32,000 nt of DNA from Candidatus Velamenicoccus archaeovorus (lineage in GTDB: Bacteria; Omnitrophota; Gorgyraeia; Velamenicoccales; Velamenicoccaceae). Positions within the stretch are counted from its first letter, which is position 1. Each line of letters opens with the position of its first letter. The notes under the pieces were generated by a model that saw nothing but the letters and a program-made list of their open reading frames with translations, ran no database searches and was not told the origin of the DNA. The stretch is from assembly GCF_004102945.1 (NCBI RefSeq), contig NZ_CP019384.1, positions 1,530,001 to 1,562,000 of the forward strand, in the 5' to 3' direction. Of the stretch, positions 1-8,674 are shown in pieces. The translations under genes and the position numbers were made by a program.

Positions 1-668
1 GAAGCGTCCAAGGACGAACGGGCCGCGCAGACGGCGATCTGGAACTTGGCCGGCTCTGCCCACTCACTCGTGGGATAATTATCCAGCACCTTTTGAAATT
101 CATCCGTCGCCTCGGTAAAATCCCCCTTGGCCTTCAACGTCAGGCCGATCTTGTACTGGCTGGCGGCGGCATACTTACCGTAAGGGGCGTTTTCAATGAC
201 CTTGTGGAATATCTCCAGGGCCGCATTTTCACCCGTGAAACTGATCCCGGCGACGTTCTTGCGGTAGTCCAACAGCCTCTGGGCAAGGATATACTCCTGC
301 TGGAGAACATCGTCGGTCCTTTCCGTAAAAGGATATTTGTCGATGACCTTCTGGTAGGCCTGAAAAGCTTCGTAAAATTTCCCCGTTTCTTCGAGGCATC
401 GCCCCATATAAAACTGCGCCTCGGGGGCCTCCAGGGCGTCCGGATAATACTTCACGAGCTTTTTAAACTCATTATAGGCCGTCTCGTAATCCTTGATCTC
501 AAGATAGCCGAGGGCAAACTTCAACTGCTCCTGGGGACTCTCCTTCGGGGCGTATTTGGGATTGGTCCATTTCTTTGATTCAGGCGTCCAAATCCAATAG
601 CCAAAAGAAGTTTGAGAAAAGAGAAAAAAAAGGATAAGCGTCACACACGCCTTTTTCATCATAGCCAT
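1..668 (-). CDS. TPR-repeat outer-membrane assembly lipoprotein, BamD/YfiO-like (N-terminal ~222 codons; gene continues past left edge)
   Basis: The minus-strand frame is open from the window edge to ATG 668 (alternative ATGs at 662/659). It is absent from the ORF track because no stop lies in the window. My translation is MAMMKKACVTLILFFLFSQTSFGYWIW...LGYLEIKDYETAYNEFKKLVKYYPDALEAPEAQFYMGRCLEETGKFYEAFQAYQKVIDKYP...NYPTSEWAEPAKFQIAVC. This gives a hydrophobic signal sequence followed by repeated TPR-like units ending in YP, as in BamD-type proteins. The + ORF 93..578 is its antisense shadow. Confidence 0.6.
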   Translation of the reverse strand, partial: MAMMKKACVTLILFFLFSQTSFGYWIWTPESKKWTNPKYAPKESPQEQLKFALGYLEIKDYETAYNEFKKLVKYYPDALEAPEAQFYMGRCLEETGKFYEAFQAYQKVIDKYPFTERTDDVLQQEYILAQRLLDYRKNVAGISFTGENAALEIFHKVIENAPYGKYAAASQYKIGLTLKAKGDFTEATDEFQKVLDNYPTSEWAEPAKFQIAVCAARSSLDA

Positions 669-741
669 CTTACCTAAAAGCTCCATTCTGTTTATTATTA
701 TATTTACCGCCGGCGACGCGCCGGCATGATCAGCCTACCCA

Positions 742-790
742 TTCTTGCGTCCGGTACCCGTCCGGGGACCGGCGCCAGACCACGCAAGAA
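742..790 (-). other. GC-rich nested hairpin in the predicted 5' leader of the BamD-like gene
   Basis: TTCTTGCGT (742-750) is the exact reverse complement of ACGCAAGAA (782-790). These arms enclose CCGGTaCCCgtccGGGgACCGG. The hairpin lies between the predicted minus-strand promoter (796-824) and ATG 668. Confidence 0.35.
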
Positions 791-795
791 GCTAT

Positions 796-824
796 AATTT
801 ATCATAGCCCATCGGCTTTGTCAA
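796..824 (-). promoter_or_regulatory. sigma70-like promoter for the BamD-like gene
   Basis: The minus strand reads TTGACA (824->819), a 17-nt spacer aagccgatgggctaTGa, then TAAATT (801->796). The TGn extended -10 element is present. Confidence 0.5.
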
Positions 825-874
825 CGCATGAAGCCCGGCCGGCGCGGCAGACATCCCAGGCGCCGGAGCCGCTA

Positions 875-902
875 TTGACTATCCCTGGAGGCCTGTTACA
901 AT
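875..902 (+). promoter_or_regulatory. sigma70-like promoter of dus; predicts a leaderless mRNA
   Basis: TTGACT (875-880), a 16-nt spacer ending cTGt, then TACAAT (897-902). Only 6 nt (accccc) separate the -10 from ATG 909, and there is no SD. Confidence 0.5.
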
Positions 903-908
903 ACCCCC

Positions 909-1877
909 ATGTTCAAAATCGGCGACCTTCGCCTGCACTCCAATGTCCTATTGGCACCCCTGGCCGGCATCAGCGACTCTTCCTTTCGCCTGCTTTGCAG
1001 GCAGTTTGGGGCCTCTTTCACCTTCATCGAAATGATCAACGCGCGCGCGATCTCCTATAAAAACAAAAAAACAAAAAAGATGCTCGAAACAGACCCCATG
1101 GACAGACCCATCGGCATCCAACTTCTGGGCGCAGAGATCCCCTATCTTCTGCGGGCCATGGATGTCATCGCTCCCTACGATTTCGACCTCTTGGATTTCA
1201 ACGCGGCCTGCCCCGTCCGCAAGGTATGCCGCCGTCAGGAAGGCGCCGCCCTCCTCAAGAACATCCCGAAGCTCAAAAACATTCTCATGGCCATGGTCAA
1301 GGCATGGAAAAAACCCGTAACGGTCAAAATCCGCAGCGGCTGGGACATAAACAGCCGCAACGCGACCGATGCCGCCTGCGCTGCCGAAGACGCAGGCGTT
1401 TCCGCCATCTTTATCCACGGACGCGATCGTCAACAGTTTTACAAAGGGACTGTGGACTATGCCGTCATCGCCGCTGTCAAAAAAAACGTACGGATCCCCG
1501 TCATCGCCAGCGGCGACATCTGGTCTGCCGCCCATGCCAAAAAGATGTTCGATGAAACGGGCTGCGACGGCATCCTCGTGGCCCGCGGAGGCCTCGGCAA
1601 CCCGTGGATCTTCCGCCAGATAGAAGAATATCTCTCACAAGGACGCCTCCTGCCGGCGCCGGAGACCGAAGAAATTTTAAGCGTCATGCAGCAGCACATG
1701 GAGATGATGGTCACCGAACACGGAGAAAAGAACGGCATCGCCCTGATGCGCAAATTCGTCGGATGGTACCTGAAAGGCCGGAGATTCGTGCGATCCGTCC
1801 GCCAACGGATCAACAATATCAAAACACGCGAAGAATTCCTGGACATGATCGCCCATGCGCGCCAGTTGGCATCATGA
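909..1877 (+). CDS. dus: tRNA-dihydrouridine synthase (Dus family, DusB-like)
   Basis: 322 aa. It has the N-terminal LAPLAGISDSSFRLLCRQFGA, FNAACPVRKV (catalytic Cys region), VTVKIRSGW, IFIHGRDRQQFYKG, IPVIASGDI and a C-terminal helical domain, which is the typical Dus TIM-barrel pattern. Confidence 0.9.
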   Translation: MFKIGDLRLHSNVLLAPLAGISDSSFRLLCRQFGASFTFIEMINARAISYKNKKTKKMLETDPMDRPIGIQLLGAEIPYLLRAMDVIAPYDFDLLDFNAACPVRKVCRRQEGAALLKNIPKLKNILMAMVKAWKKPVTVKIRSGWDINSRNATDAACAAEDAGVSAIFIHGRDRQQFYKGTVDYAVIAAVKKNVRIPVIASGDIWSAAHAKKMFDETGCDGILVARGGLGNPWIFRQIEEYLSQGRLLPAPETEEILSVMQQHMEMMVTEHGEKNGIALMRKFVGWYLKGRRFVRSVRQRINNIKTREEFLDMIAHARQLAS

Positions 1878-1903
1878 ACAAGATATGCTAAAATTGGAGT
1901 GAC

Positions 1904-2521
1904 ATGAAGAGATACGCCACATCCATAGCTGTGATGTTCCTCGCATGGAATGCGATGATGCTGTCCGCCGGGGCGGCTAAATTCGGCGACGCATCTACGG
2001 ATTACGTCACACAGGACGAAATTTCCAAAACACCGATCAAGGCCCCGTCGGCAGCAACATCCGTTCCCGTCCCGGCCCCGGCATCTTCGTCAAACCCGTG
2101 GCAGGCGCCCAAGATACCCGCGTCCACCGAATTGACACCGGCCGTCGTCGTGCCCGCCGCCCTCCCGACGTCGGGCCTCGGCGCTCCCGTAGGGCCGGCC
2201 GCCATGCCGGAGATGAAAAACCTGGTCGACATCAAGCCTCCTGACATCACCGTCCCAAATTACGAAGCCAGATATAAAGCCATGCTCAACGCCAAGGCCA
2301 AAGCCATCTCCGAACGAAAGAAACACCTGAAGCTCATCGACAGGATCCTGGAAGAAGTCGCCAATTACGGCATCTGGCTTATGCTGGGATTGATCGCCTT
2401 TGTCTTGATCTACACGATCTACAAAGAAAAAGAAACGGAACAAAAAATTGTGGCCGGACAGGAACGACTGGAGCAAAAAGAGCAGGGAGAAAAGAAAGAC
2501 ATCTGGCAGGATGAGTTTTAA
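1904..2521 (+). CDS. hypothetical exported, C-terminally anchored Pro/Ala-rich protein
   Basis: 205 aa with a GGAG SD 6 nt upstream of the ATG. It has an N-terminal signal-like segment (IAVMFLAWNAMMLSAGAA), a long P/A/S-rich low-complexity region, one C-terminal TM helix (IWLMLGLIAFVLIYTIY) and a charged KE-rich tail. I recognise no family. Confidence 0.55.
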   Translation: MKRYATSIAVMFLAWNAMMLSAGAAKFGDASTDYVTQDEISKTPIKAPSAATSVPVPAPASSSNPWQAPKIPASTELTPAVVVPAALPTSGLGAPVGPAAMPEMKNLVDIKPPDITVPNYEARYKAMLNAKAKAISERKKHLKLIDRILEEVANYGIWLMLGLIAFVLIYTIYKEKETEQKIVAGQERLEQKEQGEKKDIWQDEF

Positions 2522-2524
2522 AAA

Positions 2525-2556
2525 AGTGTCATGGTGTCAAAGTATCAAAGTGTCGA
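2525..2556. repeat. 4 x 8-nt degenerate tandem repeat in a convergent intergenic spacer
   Basis: AGTGTCAT GGTGTCAA AGTATCAA AGTGTCGA, starting 4 nt after the stop of ORF 1904..2521. Confidence 0.6.
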
Positions 2557-2582
2557 AGCAAGAGAAAAAACCTCGCATCCCT

Positions 2583-3398
2583 CTAGCCCTTCTTGAATCT
2601 CAAATAATCCTCCAACACTTGCCGGTGGTCAAAAGCAAGGTCGAGTTTTTTCCATTCCTTGGAGGAAAAAACGCCAGCAGCCCCCGCATCGGAGGCGGCC
2701 TTCGGCCTGCCCTTGGCTTTTGCCACAAAGACAGTGGTCACCGTCTGGAAACGCGGATCGCGTCCCGGCGCCGAATAGGTATGCATCTGCCGTAAATCGT
2801 AAACACGAAGCCTGGTCTCTTCGGCGGCTTCACGCGCCGCTGCCTCCTCAAGGCTCTCTCCGTAATCAACGAATCCTCCAGGCAGGGCCCAGCCGAACGG
2901 CGGGTTCTTGCGCCGGATCAGGACGATGCCGTGGCCAATCTCGATGATCGTATCCACCGTCACAAAAGGACCCCATGCCAGGACATTGCGGATATGCCCC
3001 AGATATCCCTCGACGATCGCCTTCACGCGTGCGGCATCGCGGGGGCTCTTGACCCATAAGATAATCGCCCCCGGCAGATGCGATTGCCCCGTCGCGCGGA
3101 TGAAACGGAAAATCTCCTGCGCCGCGATCCTGGATGCGGCAGGAAGCTCAAGGCCGGCGGCATAAAACGGCAGGACAACCGTCCTGCCCCGCCCTGTGGA
3201 ACATCTCTTAAGGACAGAGGCATAAGCCACCCTCAACTCGAAAGGGCCTGCCGGCCGATCCTCATCCAGGGGCCACACGACGACGTTACCCGTTTTGCTC
3301 CGATGCAAAGGCGCCTGGCCGGAAATGACCATCCGATCGACCTTCAGGCCGTGCGGCAGGCGGACGGCAACTTCAACTTCGATATCTCTGATGTTCAT
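2583..3398 (-). CDS. NUDIX hydrolase with ~130-aa N-terminal domain of unknown function
   Basis: 271 aa. The Nudix box is [24 protein letters not shown] in the C-terminal half. I cannot assign the N-terminal half ([17 protein letters not shown]...[27 protein letters not shown]...). The start overlaps the upstream cca stop as ATGA (3398-3395). Confidence 0.8.
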   Translation of the reverse strand: MNIRDIEVEVAVRLPHGLKVDRMVISGQAPLHRSKTGNVVVWPLDEDRPAGPFELRVAYASVLKRCSTGRGRTVVLPFYAAGLELPAASRIAAQEIFRFIRATGQSHLPGAIILWVKSPRDAARVKAIVEGYLGHIRNVLAWGPFVTVDTIIEIGHGIVLIRRKNPPFGWALPGGFVDYGESLEEAAAREAAEETRLRVYDLRQMHTYSAPGRDPRFQTVTTVFVAKAKGRPKAASDAGAAGVFSSKEWKKLDLAFDHRQVLEDYLRFKKG

Positions 3399-4873
3399 CG
3401 TTCCTTTCTCCCGGGACGGCCGGCTTCTTTTTCCGCGATCATCTTGGCCAGGGCAATCGCTTGCGGCTTCGTGCGCACGCGGCCCTCCACCTGGGCGTCC
3501 TCGACAGCATCAAGGATAGTTGAAAAAACCGGACCCGGTTCCAACCTGAGTCTCCGGATAAGGTCCGTCCCGTTGATGAGCCTGACGAAAGGCTTCTGCT
3601 TCAAAGAATCAAAATACTCGCCGATGAGCGCAAACGACACTTTTTCGTGCCTCTTGCGGCTCTCCGGCGTAGCCAACGGCCCGCGCGTCGCCCGCTGATC
3701 GGCAATGGAGACCAAAAGGACGCTCACCGCCTCCTCTTTGGTGTCGCGGAAGAACCGGTGGACCGCGCGCCTGGTCAAGACCTTATTGTCGGCCAGGTAG
3801 CCGGGCCGCAGATGCCAAAAAATGATCGTATCCAGGGCGAAGCGTTCGCGCGTCGAAAGCCTGAGCCTCTCCGAAACGGCGTCCGAGATGATACGGCCGA
3901 TGCGTTCATGACCGTGAAACATCGTCTTGCCTGCCTTTACCTCATGGGCCTTGGGCTTGCCGATATCATGCAGCATCGCCGCCAGTTTGATCAACTGCCT
4001 GCGGCTGCGGCCCGTCGTCATCGGTTCATCCAGGTAGCGTGCCACGTCCCGGTCGCCCCTGAAACGCCCTAATTGCTCCTCGAGCTTTCGCACCGTCTCC
4101 AAGGAATGGCCCCAAACATCCAGATGATGGTACCCTCCCTGTTTGACGTTATGCATCACACGGATCTGAGGGATAACATTCTCCAGCACGCGCCGGCGGT
4201 CCATCTTGCGGATATGCCGCCAGGCATCGCCGGCAGCCAGGACCTTGAAAAATTCATCGCGTAATCTCTCGCCCGCGACCCCCCTTAGTTGTTCCCTCTT
4301 GAGTTGTGCCAGCCTCAATGTCGCAGGCTCGATGGCAAAACCCAATGTCGCGCTTAAAGAAAAGGCCCGCAGGATGCGCAGCGGGTCTTCGTCGAAAGAA
4401 GACGGACCGACCATACGGACCGTCTTGGCATGCAAATCTTTGAGGCCGCCGCAGACGTCCAGAAGCCCCGTCCTCTTGAATGGCAGCCGCACGGCCAGCG
4501 TGTTGACCGTAAAATCCCTTTTTTTCAGGTCTGCCTCAAAATCGCGGCCCCGAAAATCAACGAAATCAAACGTCGCGGCCGGCCCGGCTACGCCCCCCTT
4601 GAAAACGAGGCGGCAGCATCCATGCTCACGGTCCAAAACGACAAAACCCGCCCTGAGGCGACGGGCCAGCATCCTGCCGAAATCAATAGCGCCGCTTTCT
4701 ACGGAAAAATCGAGGTCCAAAGACGGCTTTTTGTATCCGGCAAAAAGATCACGCAGAAAGCCGCCGACCAGATAGACCTCTTTTTTTTGGGAAACGGCCA
4801 GTGCCGCCGTGGTCCGGAAGGCCCGGGAACGAAACACCGGATGGTCGGGGATAATCTTGGGTCTGGTTTTCAT
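3395..4873 (-). CDS. cca: CCA-adding enzyme / class II tRNA nucleotidyltransferase with HD domain
   Basis: 492 aa. It has the head motif [11 protein letters not shown]...DLDF, the [10 protein letters not shown]... body and the HD-domain signature [10 protein letters not shown]. Confidence 0.85.
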   Translation of the reverse strand: MKTRPKIIPDHPVFRSRAFRTTAALAVSQKKEVYLVGGFLRDLFAGYKKPSLDLDFSVESGAIDFGRMLARRLRAGFVVLDREHGCCRLVFKGGVAGPAATFDFVDFRGRDFEADLKKRDFTVNTLAVRLPFKRTGLLDVCGGLKDLHAKTVRMVGPSSFDEDPLRILRAFSLSATLGFAIEPATLRLAQLKREQLRGVAGERLRDEFFKVLAAGDAWRHIRKMDRRRVLENVIPQIRVMHNVKQGGYHHLDVWGHSLETVRKLEEQLGRFRGDRDVARYLDEPMTTGRSRRQLIKLAAMLHDIGKPKAHEVKAGKTMFHGHERIGRIISDAVSERLRLSTRERFALDTIIFWHLRPGYLADNKVLTRRAVHRFFRDTKEEAVSVLLVSIADQRATRGPLATPESRKRHEKVSFALIGEYFDSLKQKPFVRLINGTDLIRRLRLEPGPVFSTILDAVEDAQVEGRVRTKPQAIALAKMIAEKEAGRPGRKER

Positions 4874-4893
4874 GGGAAATGCCGAGAGGGAAA

Positions 4894-5322
4894 TCAGGGT
4901 TGCTGATGAAAAACCTCGGAACGCTTGATGACTTCCTCCTCGACAAAAATAGGCGCATGGGCGCGCACGGCCATGGCGACAGCATCCGAGGGCCTGGCGT
5001 CGATGATCTTCTCGGACGCTTCGCCTGAAAGCCGCAGCACGAGTTTGGCATAGAAAGTATTGTTCTCGAGCGCGTCGATCAAGATTTTGGCGACAGAAGC
5101 CCCCAGCCCCTCTATGACGGAAAACAGAAGGTCGTGCGTCAAGGGCCTTGGCGGCGTAACACCGCTCACTTTCAATTTGATCGCGTTGGCCTCGAGATAT
5201 CCGATGATGATAGGCATCAGCCGCGAGCCGTTCTTCTCTTTCAAGACGATGATCTGATCCGGTCTCTTTTCGTCGATAATGATCTTGTTCAGTTCCATCT
5301 CGATCATGGCCATCCCTTCCAT
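4894..5322 (-). CDS. bifunctional nuclease (BFN/DUF151) family protein
   Basis: 142 aa. The pattern LMPIIIGYLEANAI...PRPLTHDLL...ARPSDAVAMAVR is typical of the BFN domain. An internal ATG at 5307 (MIEMELNK...) has a better SD (GGAAGGG) and may be the real start. Confidence 0.75.
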   Translation of the reverse strand: MEGMAMIEMELNKIIIDEKRPDQIIVLKEKNGSRLMPIIIGYLEANAIKLKVSGVTPPRPLTHDLLFSVIEGLGASVAKILIDALENNTFYAKLVLRLSGEASEKIIDARPSDAVAMAVRAHAPIFVEEEVIKRSEVFHQQP

Positions 5323-5333
5323 AGGCGCGCCGC

Positions 5334-5795
5334 CTATTTCCCCGCCTTTTTCAAAAGATCGCGCAATTCCGACATGAACTGGTTGACGTCCTTGAACTGG
5401 CGATAGACAGAGGCGAAGCGCACGTAAGCGACTTCATCCAGAGACGCCAGCCTGTCCATAACGAGTTCGCCCACATCCCTGGAGCGGACCTCCCGGTCGA
5501 ACTTCCTGGAGATCTCGCGTTCGATACCGGTCACCACCTCTTCCATCTTCTCCAGGGAAACAGGTCTTTTCTCGCAGGCCTTCAATATCCCCGAGAGGAT
5601 CTTTTTGCGGTCGAAGGCCTCCCGGCGGCCATCCTTCTTGACGACCATCAGGGCCGTCTCCTCAACAACCTCATAGGTGGTGAAGCGACGGCCGCATTTG
5701 GTGCATTCCCGCCTGCGGCGCACGGCATTGCCTTCGGAGCTCGCGCGCGAATCAATCACTTTATCGTCAACACAACCGCAGTAGGGACATTTCAT
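5334..5795 (-). CDS. nrdR: transcriptional repressor NrdR (zinc ribbon + ATP-cone)
   Basis: 153 aa. MKCPYCG...[28 protein letters not shown] followed by an ATP-cone ([16 protein letters not shown]...[10 protein letters not shown]). Confidence 0.95.
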   Translation of the reverse strand: MKCPYCGCVDDKVIDSRASSEGNAVRRRRECTKCGRRFTTYEVVEETALMVVKKDGRREAFDRKKILSGILKACEKRPVSLEKMEEVVTGIEREISRKFDREVRSRDVGELVMDRLASLDEVAYVRFASVYRQFKDVNQFMSELRDLLKKAGK

Positions 5796-6252
5796 TAATT
5801 TTGCCTATAACCGGGTATTAATTCCTTACAAAATTAGGCCCTCCGCTTACTTGGTATTACCTGGCTCAATCGGATGAGCCAGTATGCCGTCCAGCGGGAC
5901 GCACCCGCTTATCCTATTAAAGCGGGGTGCAGCTTTCTGCGGCATGCGGAGGCCTACCCTTTCTGGGTTAACTCCGCACTTACTCGATCTGCTGAAACAG
6001 CAGACCAGGAAAATTTACGCCGGATGGCCGTCCTGGCCGGCTGCGCCCAGGCCGACGGCCTACCCTGGCGGAAATTTTCAAGCGCCCAAGTGCGGAGTCA
6101 ACGTTTATTCCTTAACTTTGCCTATAATGAGGTATTTTTCCCTGCAAAGTTAACTCCGAGCCTGCGAAAGAAATTTCACGCCGGTCTACCCTGGCGTGAA
6201 ATTTACGAGCGTCGAGGCGAGGAGTAACGCTTATTCCTTAATTTTGCCTGTA
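5796..6252 (-). repeat. mosaic hairpin-repeat block (P, S, H modules) upstream of nrdR
   Basis: P boxes lie at 5795-5836, 6112-6153 and (degenerate) 6231-6252. S hairpins are CTGGCTC/GAGCCAG 5861-5882 and CCCGCTT/AAGCGGG 5904-5925. H hairpins are 5970-6098 (arms AACTCCGCACTT/AAGTGCGGAGT) and 6152-6225 (inner stem AAATTTCACGCC/GGCGTGAAATTT). The region is homologous to 20198-20690 and 22125-22370. Confidence 0.85.
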
Positions 6253-6271
6253 GCGAGAAATCGCTTCGCTC

Positions 6272-6387
6272 CAAAAAACAAAAATGAACGGGTTGGCGGG
6301 TTGACGGGTAAGCGGGTTAGCGAATCGAGAACTAAAACAAGCTTTTCTCTTTTAACCCGTGCACCCGTTTACGCATGCACCCGCTTA
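6272..6387 (-). terminator. probable intrinsic terminator of the glyA-comEB unit, built from periodic 8-mers
   Basis: Read on the minus strand just after the comEB stop, four ACGGGT-type 8-mers (6386->6355) face four ACCCG-type 8-mers (6320->6289). These are followed by TTCATTTTTGTTTTTT (6288->6273). Confidence 0.45.
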
Positions 6388-6846
6388 CTATTTTACTTTT
6401 CTCACCTTGATCCTGGCTTCTTTCAGGAAACTCAGCGCCATCGGGTCAGGATAATGACCCGCCATCACCACTTCCTTGATGCCGGCATTGATGATCATCT
6501 TGGCGCAGATGATGCAAGGCTGGTTCGTCACGTAGATCGCGCTGTCTTTCAGAGAAACTCCATGCAAAGAGGCCTGAAGAAGGACATTCTGCTCGGCGTG
6601 CAGCCCGCGGCAGAGTTCATGCCTTTCCCCTGAGGGGATCTTGAGTTTAGCGCGCAAACATCCCACCTGCGAACAATGCTTGATCCCCGAGGGTGTGCCG
6701 TTGTAGCCCGTAGCCAGGATGCGCCTGTCTTTGACGACAAGGGCCCCGACCTTGCGGCGCAGGCACGTCGAGCGCTGGGCCACCAGATCGGCGATCCCCA
6801 TGAAATACTCATCCCACCCCGGCCTGCGGTCCTTTTTTTTCATCAC
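6388..6846 (-). CDS. comEB: deoxycytidylate (dCMP) deaminase, ComEB family
   Basis: 152 aa. Zinc motifs are HAEQNVLLQ and [14 protein letters not shown]. The track start is GTG 6846. ATG 6843 shares one nt with the glyA stop and is equally possible. Confidence 0.9.
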   Translation of the reverse strand: MMKKKDRRPGWDEYFMGIADLVAQRSTCLRRKVGALVVKDRRILATGYNGTPSGIKHCSQVGCLRAKLKIPSGERHELCRGLHAEQNVLLQASLHGVSLKDSAIYVTNQPCIICAKMIINAGIKEVVMAGHYPDPMALSFLKEARIKVRKVK

Positions 6847-8123
6847 AATGCTCCCTTGAATTTCTTCAATAATGGTTGATACAACGGAAATTTCCTGATC
6901 AGGGCCTCTACCTTTTTGGCTGCGGCGGCGACCGCCTCTTCCTGGCCTCGGGCCGAGATCACCTCAAAAATCATGGCGGCGATCTGGCGCATTTCACGCA
7001 GGCCCATGCCCCTGGTCGTGACAGCCGGCGTCCCCAGCCGCAGGCCGCTCGTCTGAAACGGGCTTCTTTTATCAAAAGGAATCAGGTTCTTGTTGACGGT
7101 GATGCGCGCGGCATCCAGCATGGCCGCCGCTTCTTTTCCGGAAAGGTCCTTGCTGGTCAGATCGACCAAGAGAAGATGGTTGTCCGTTCCGCCGGAGACG
7201 ATCCTGAGGCCCTTCTGGGCCAGCTCATCCGCCAGGCCTTTGGCATTCACGACGATCTTCTGCTGGTATTTCTTGAACTCCGGGCCCAGGGCCTCTTTCA
7301 AGGCAACGGCCTTTCCTGCGATCACATGCATCAACGGCCCGCCCTGGGTGCCGGGAAAAACGATGCTGTCGATCTTTTTGGCAAAATCCTTGCGGCAGAG
7401 GATCATGCCGCCCCGCGGGCCGCGTAAAGTTTTATGCGTCGTGGTCGTCACGAATTCCGCATAAGAAACGGGCGACGGATGCAGGCCGGCGGCGACGAGG
7501 CCGGCGATATGGGCCATGTCCACAAAAAGATAAGCGCCGACGGAATCCGCGATCTCGCGGAACCTCTTGAAATCGATGATGCGGGGATATGCCGAAGCCC
7601 CCGCCAGGATCATGCGCGGCTTATGGCGCAAGGCGAGGTCCGCCACCTCGTCGTAATCGATCGTCTCTGTCTTGGGGCTGACGCCGTAAGAAACGATCTT
7701 ATAAAACATGCCGGAAAAATTATGGCTCAAACCGTGCGACAAGTGGCCGCCGCAGGCCAAATCCATCGCCAAAACCGTATCGCCGGGATTGATCGCCGCC
7801 ATATAAACGGCCATGTTCGCCTGTGTCCCCGAATGCGGCTGGACATTGGCGTGGTCGGCGCCGAACAGTTGTTTGGCGCGTTCGCGCGCCAGGTCTTCGA
7901 CGCCGTCGACATGCTCGCAACCGCCGTACCAGCGGGCCTTGGGATATCCTTCGGCATACTTGTTGGTCAAGACAGACCCCTGGGCCTCCAGGACGGCCAT
8001 GGAGGTAAAATTCTCGCTGGCGATGAGCTCGATATTGCGATGCTGGCGATAGAGTTCTCGCGCAATCATCTTGTAGACTTCCGGATCGACGTCTTTCAAA
8101 GAACTGGCTATGGTCGGACGCAT
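6843..8123 (-). CDS. glyA: serine hydroxymethyltransferase
   Basis: 426 aa. [22 protein letters not shown] and [14 protein letters not shown] (PLP lysine). Confidence 0.97.
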   Translation of the reverse strand: MRPTIASSLKDVDPEVYKMIARELYRQHRNIELIASENFTSMAVLEAQGSVLTNKYAEGYPKARWYGGCEHVDGVEDLARERAKQLFGADHANVQPHSGTQANMAVYMAAINPGDTVLAMDLACGGHLSHGLSHNFSGMFYKIVSYGVSPKTETIDYDEVADLALRHKPRMILAGASAYPRIIDFKRFREIADSVGAYLFVDMAHIAGLVAAGLHPSPVSYAEFVTTTTHKTLRGPRGGMILCRKDFAKKIDSIVFPGTQGGPLMHVIAGKAVALKEALGPEFKKYQQKIVVNAKGLADELAQKGLRIVSGGTDNHLLLVDLTSKDLSGKEAAAMLDAARITVNKNLIPFDKRSPFQTSGLRLGTPAVTTRGMGLREMRQIAAMIFEVISARGQEEAVAAAAKKVEALIRKFPLYQPLLKKFKGAL

Positions 8124-8145
8124 AACTTTTCAATCCTTTCCTTGG

Positions 8146-8166
8146 CTCGCGAAAAAACTCCGCGAG
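8146..8166 (-). other. GC hairpin in the rpiB-glyA intercistronic spacer
   Basis: CTCGCG (8146-8151) pairs with CGCGAG (8161-8166) across a 9-nt A-rich loop. On the minus strand it sits just upstream of the glyA SD AAGGAAAGGA. Confidence 0.3.
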
Positions 8167-8209
8167 TCCGATGACACAGATTTTTAGAAATGATTACACG
8201 GATCGCCTG

Positions 8210-8674
8210 TCATCTGCTTCTATTCATCCGTTCGATTTTTTCTATTTTTTTAAGGCGCCGGGCGTGGCGGCCGCCTTCGAAAGGCGTGGCGAGCCACACG
8301 TCGACCATCTTTTTGGCCATGGGCCCCTTGACAAAAAAAGAACCCAAAACCAGGATGTTGGCGTCATTGTGCTGCCGCGAAAGCCTGACAGCCCGGAGCT
8401 GATGGCAGAGCGCGGCGCGCACTCCTGCCACCTTGTTAGCCACGATGCAATTGCCGATGCCGCTTTTGCAGATCAGGATCCCGCGGTACGCGCGCTTGCC
8501 GGCGACCGCACGGGCCACCTTGTAGGCCGTATCGGGATAATCCATGGACTCCTCGGAAAACGCGCCCATATCCAGGACACAAAGACCTTTTCTCCTGAGA
8601 TGCCTGACGATAGCTTCTTTGAGCCGATAGCCGCCGTGATCGCAGCCGACGGCAATCCTGGATACGCAGTTCAT
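8210..8674 (-). CDS. rpiB: ribose-5-phosphate isomerase B (RpiB/LacA/LacB family)
   Basis: IAVGCDHGGYRLKEAI...ICKSGIGNCIVANK...LCHQ..AVRLSRQHNDANILVLG. I place the start at ATG 8674 (MNCVSRIAVG), which forms an ATGA overlap with the upstream stop. The track's 8722 start would overlap the upstream gene by 52 nt. Confidence 0.85.
   Translation of the reverse strand: MNCVSRIAVGCDHGGYRLKEAIVRHLRRKGLCVLDMGAFSEESMDYPDTAYKVARAVAGKRAYRGILICKSGIGNCIVANKVAGVRAALCHQLRAVRLSRQHNDANILVLGSFFVKGPMAKKMVDVWLATPFEGGRHARRLKKIEKIERMNRSR

Noticed and set aside
93-578. A 161-aa plus-strand ORF at the left edge.
   Set aside because: It is antisense to the open-ended minus-strand frame that encodes a convincing signal peptide plus a TPR (BamD-like) protein. 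The plus-strand translation has no recognisable features.
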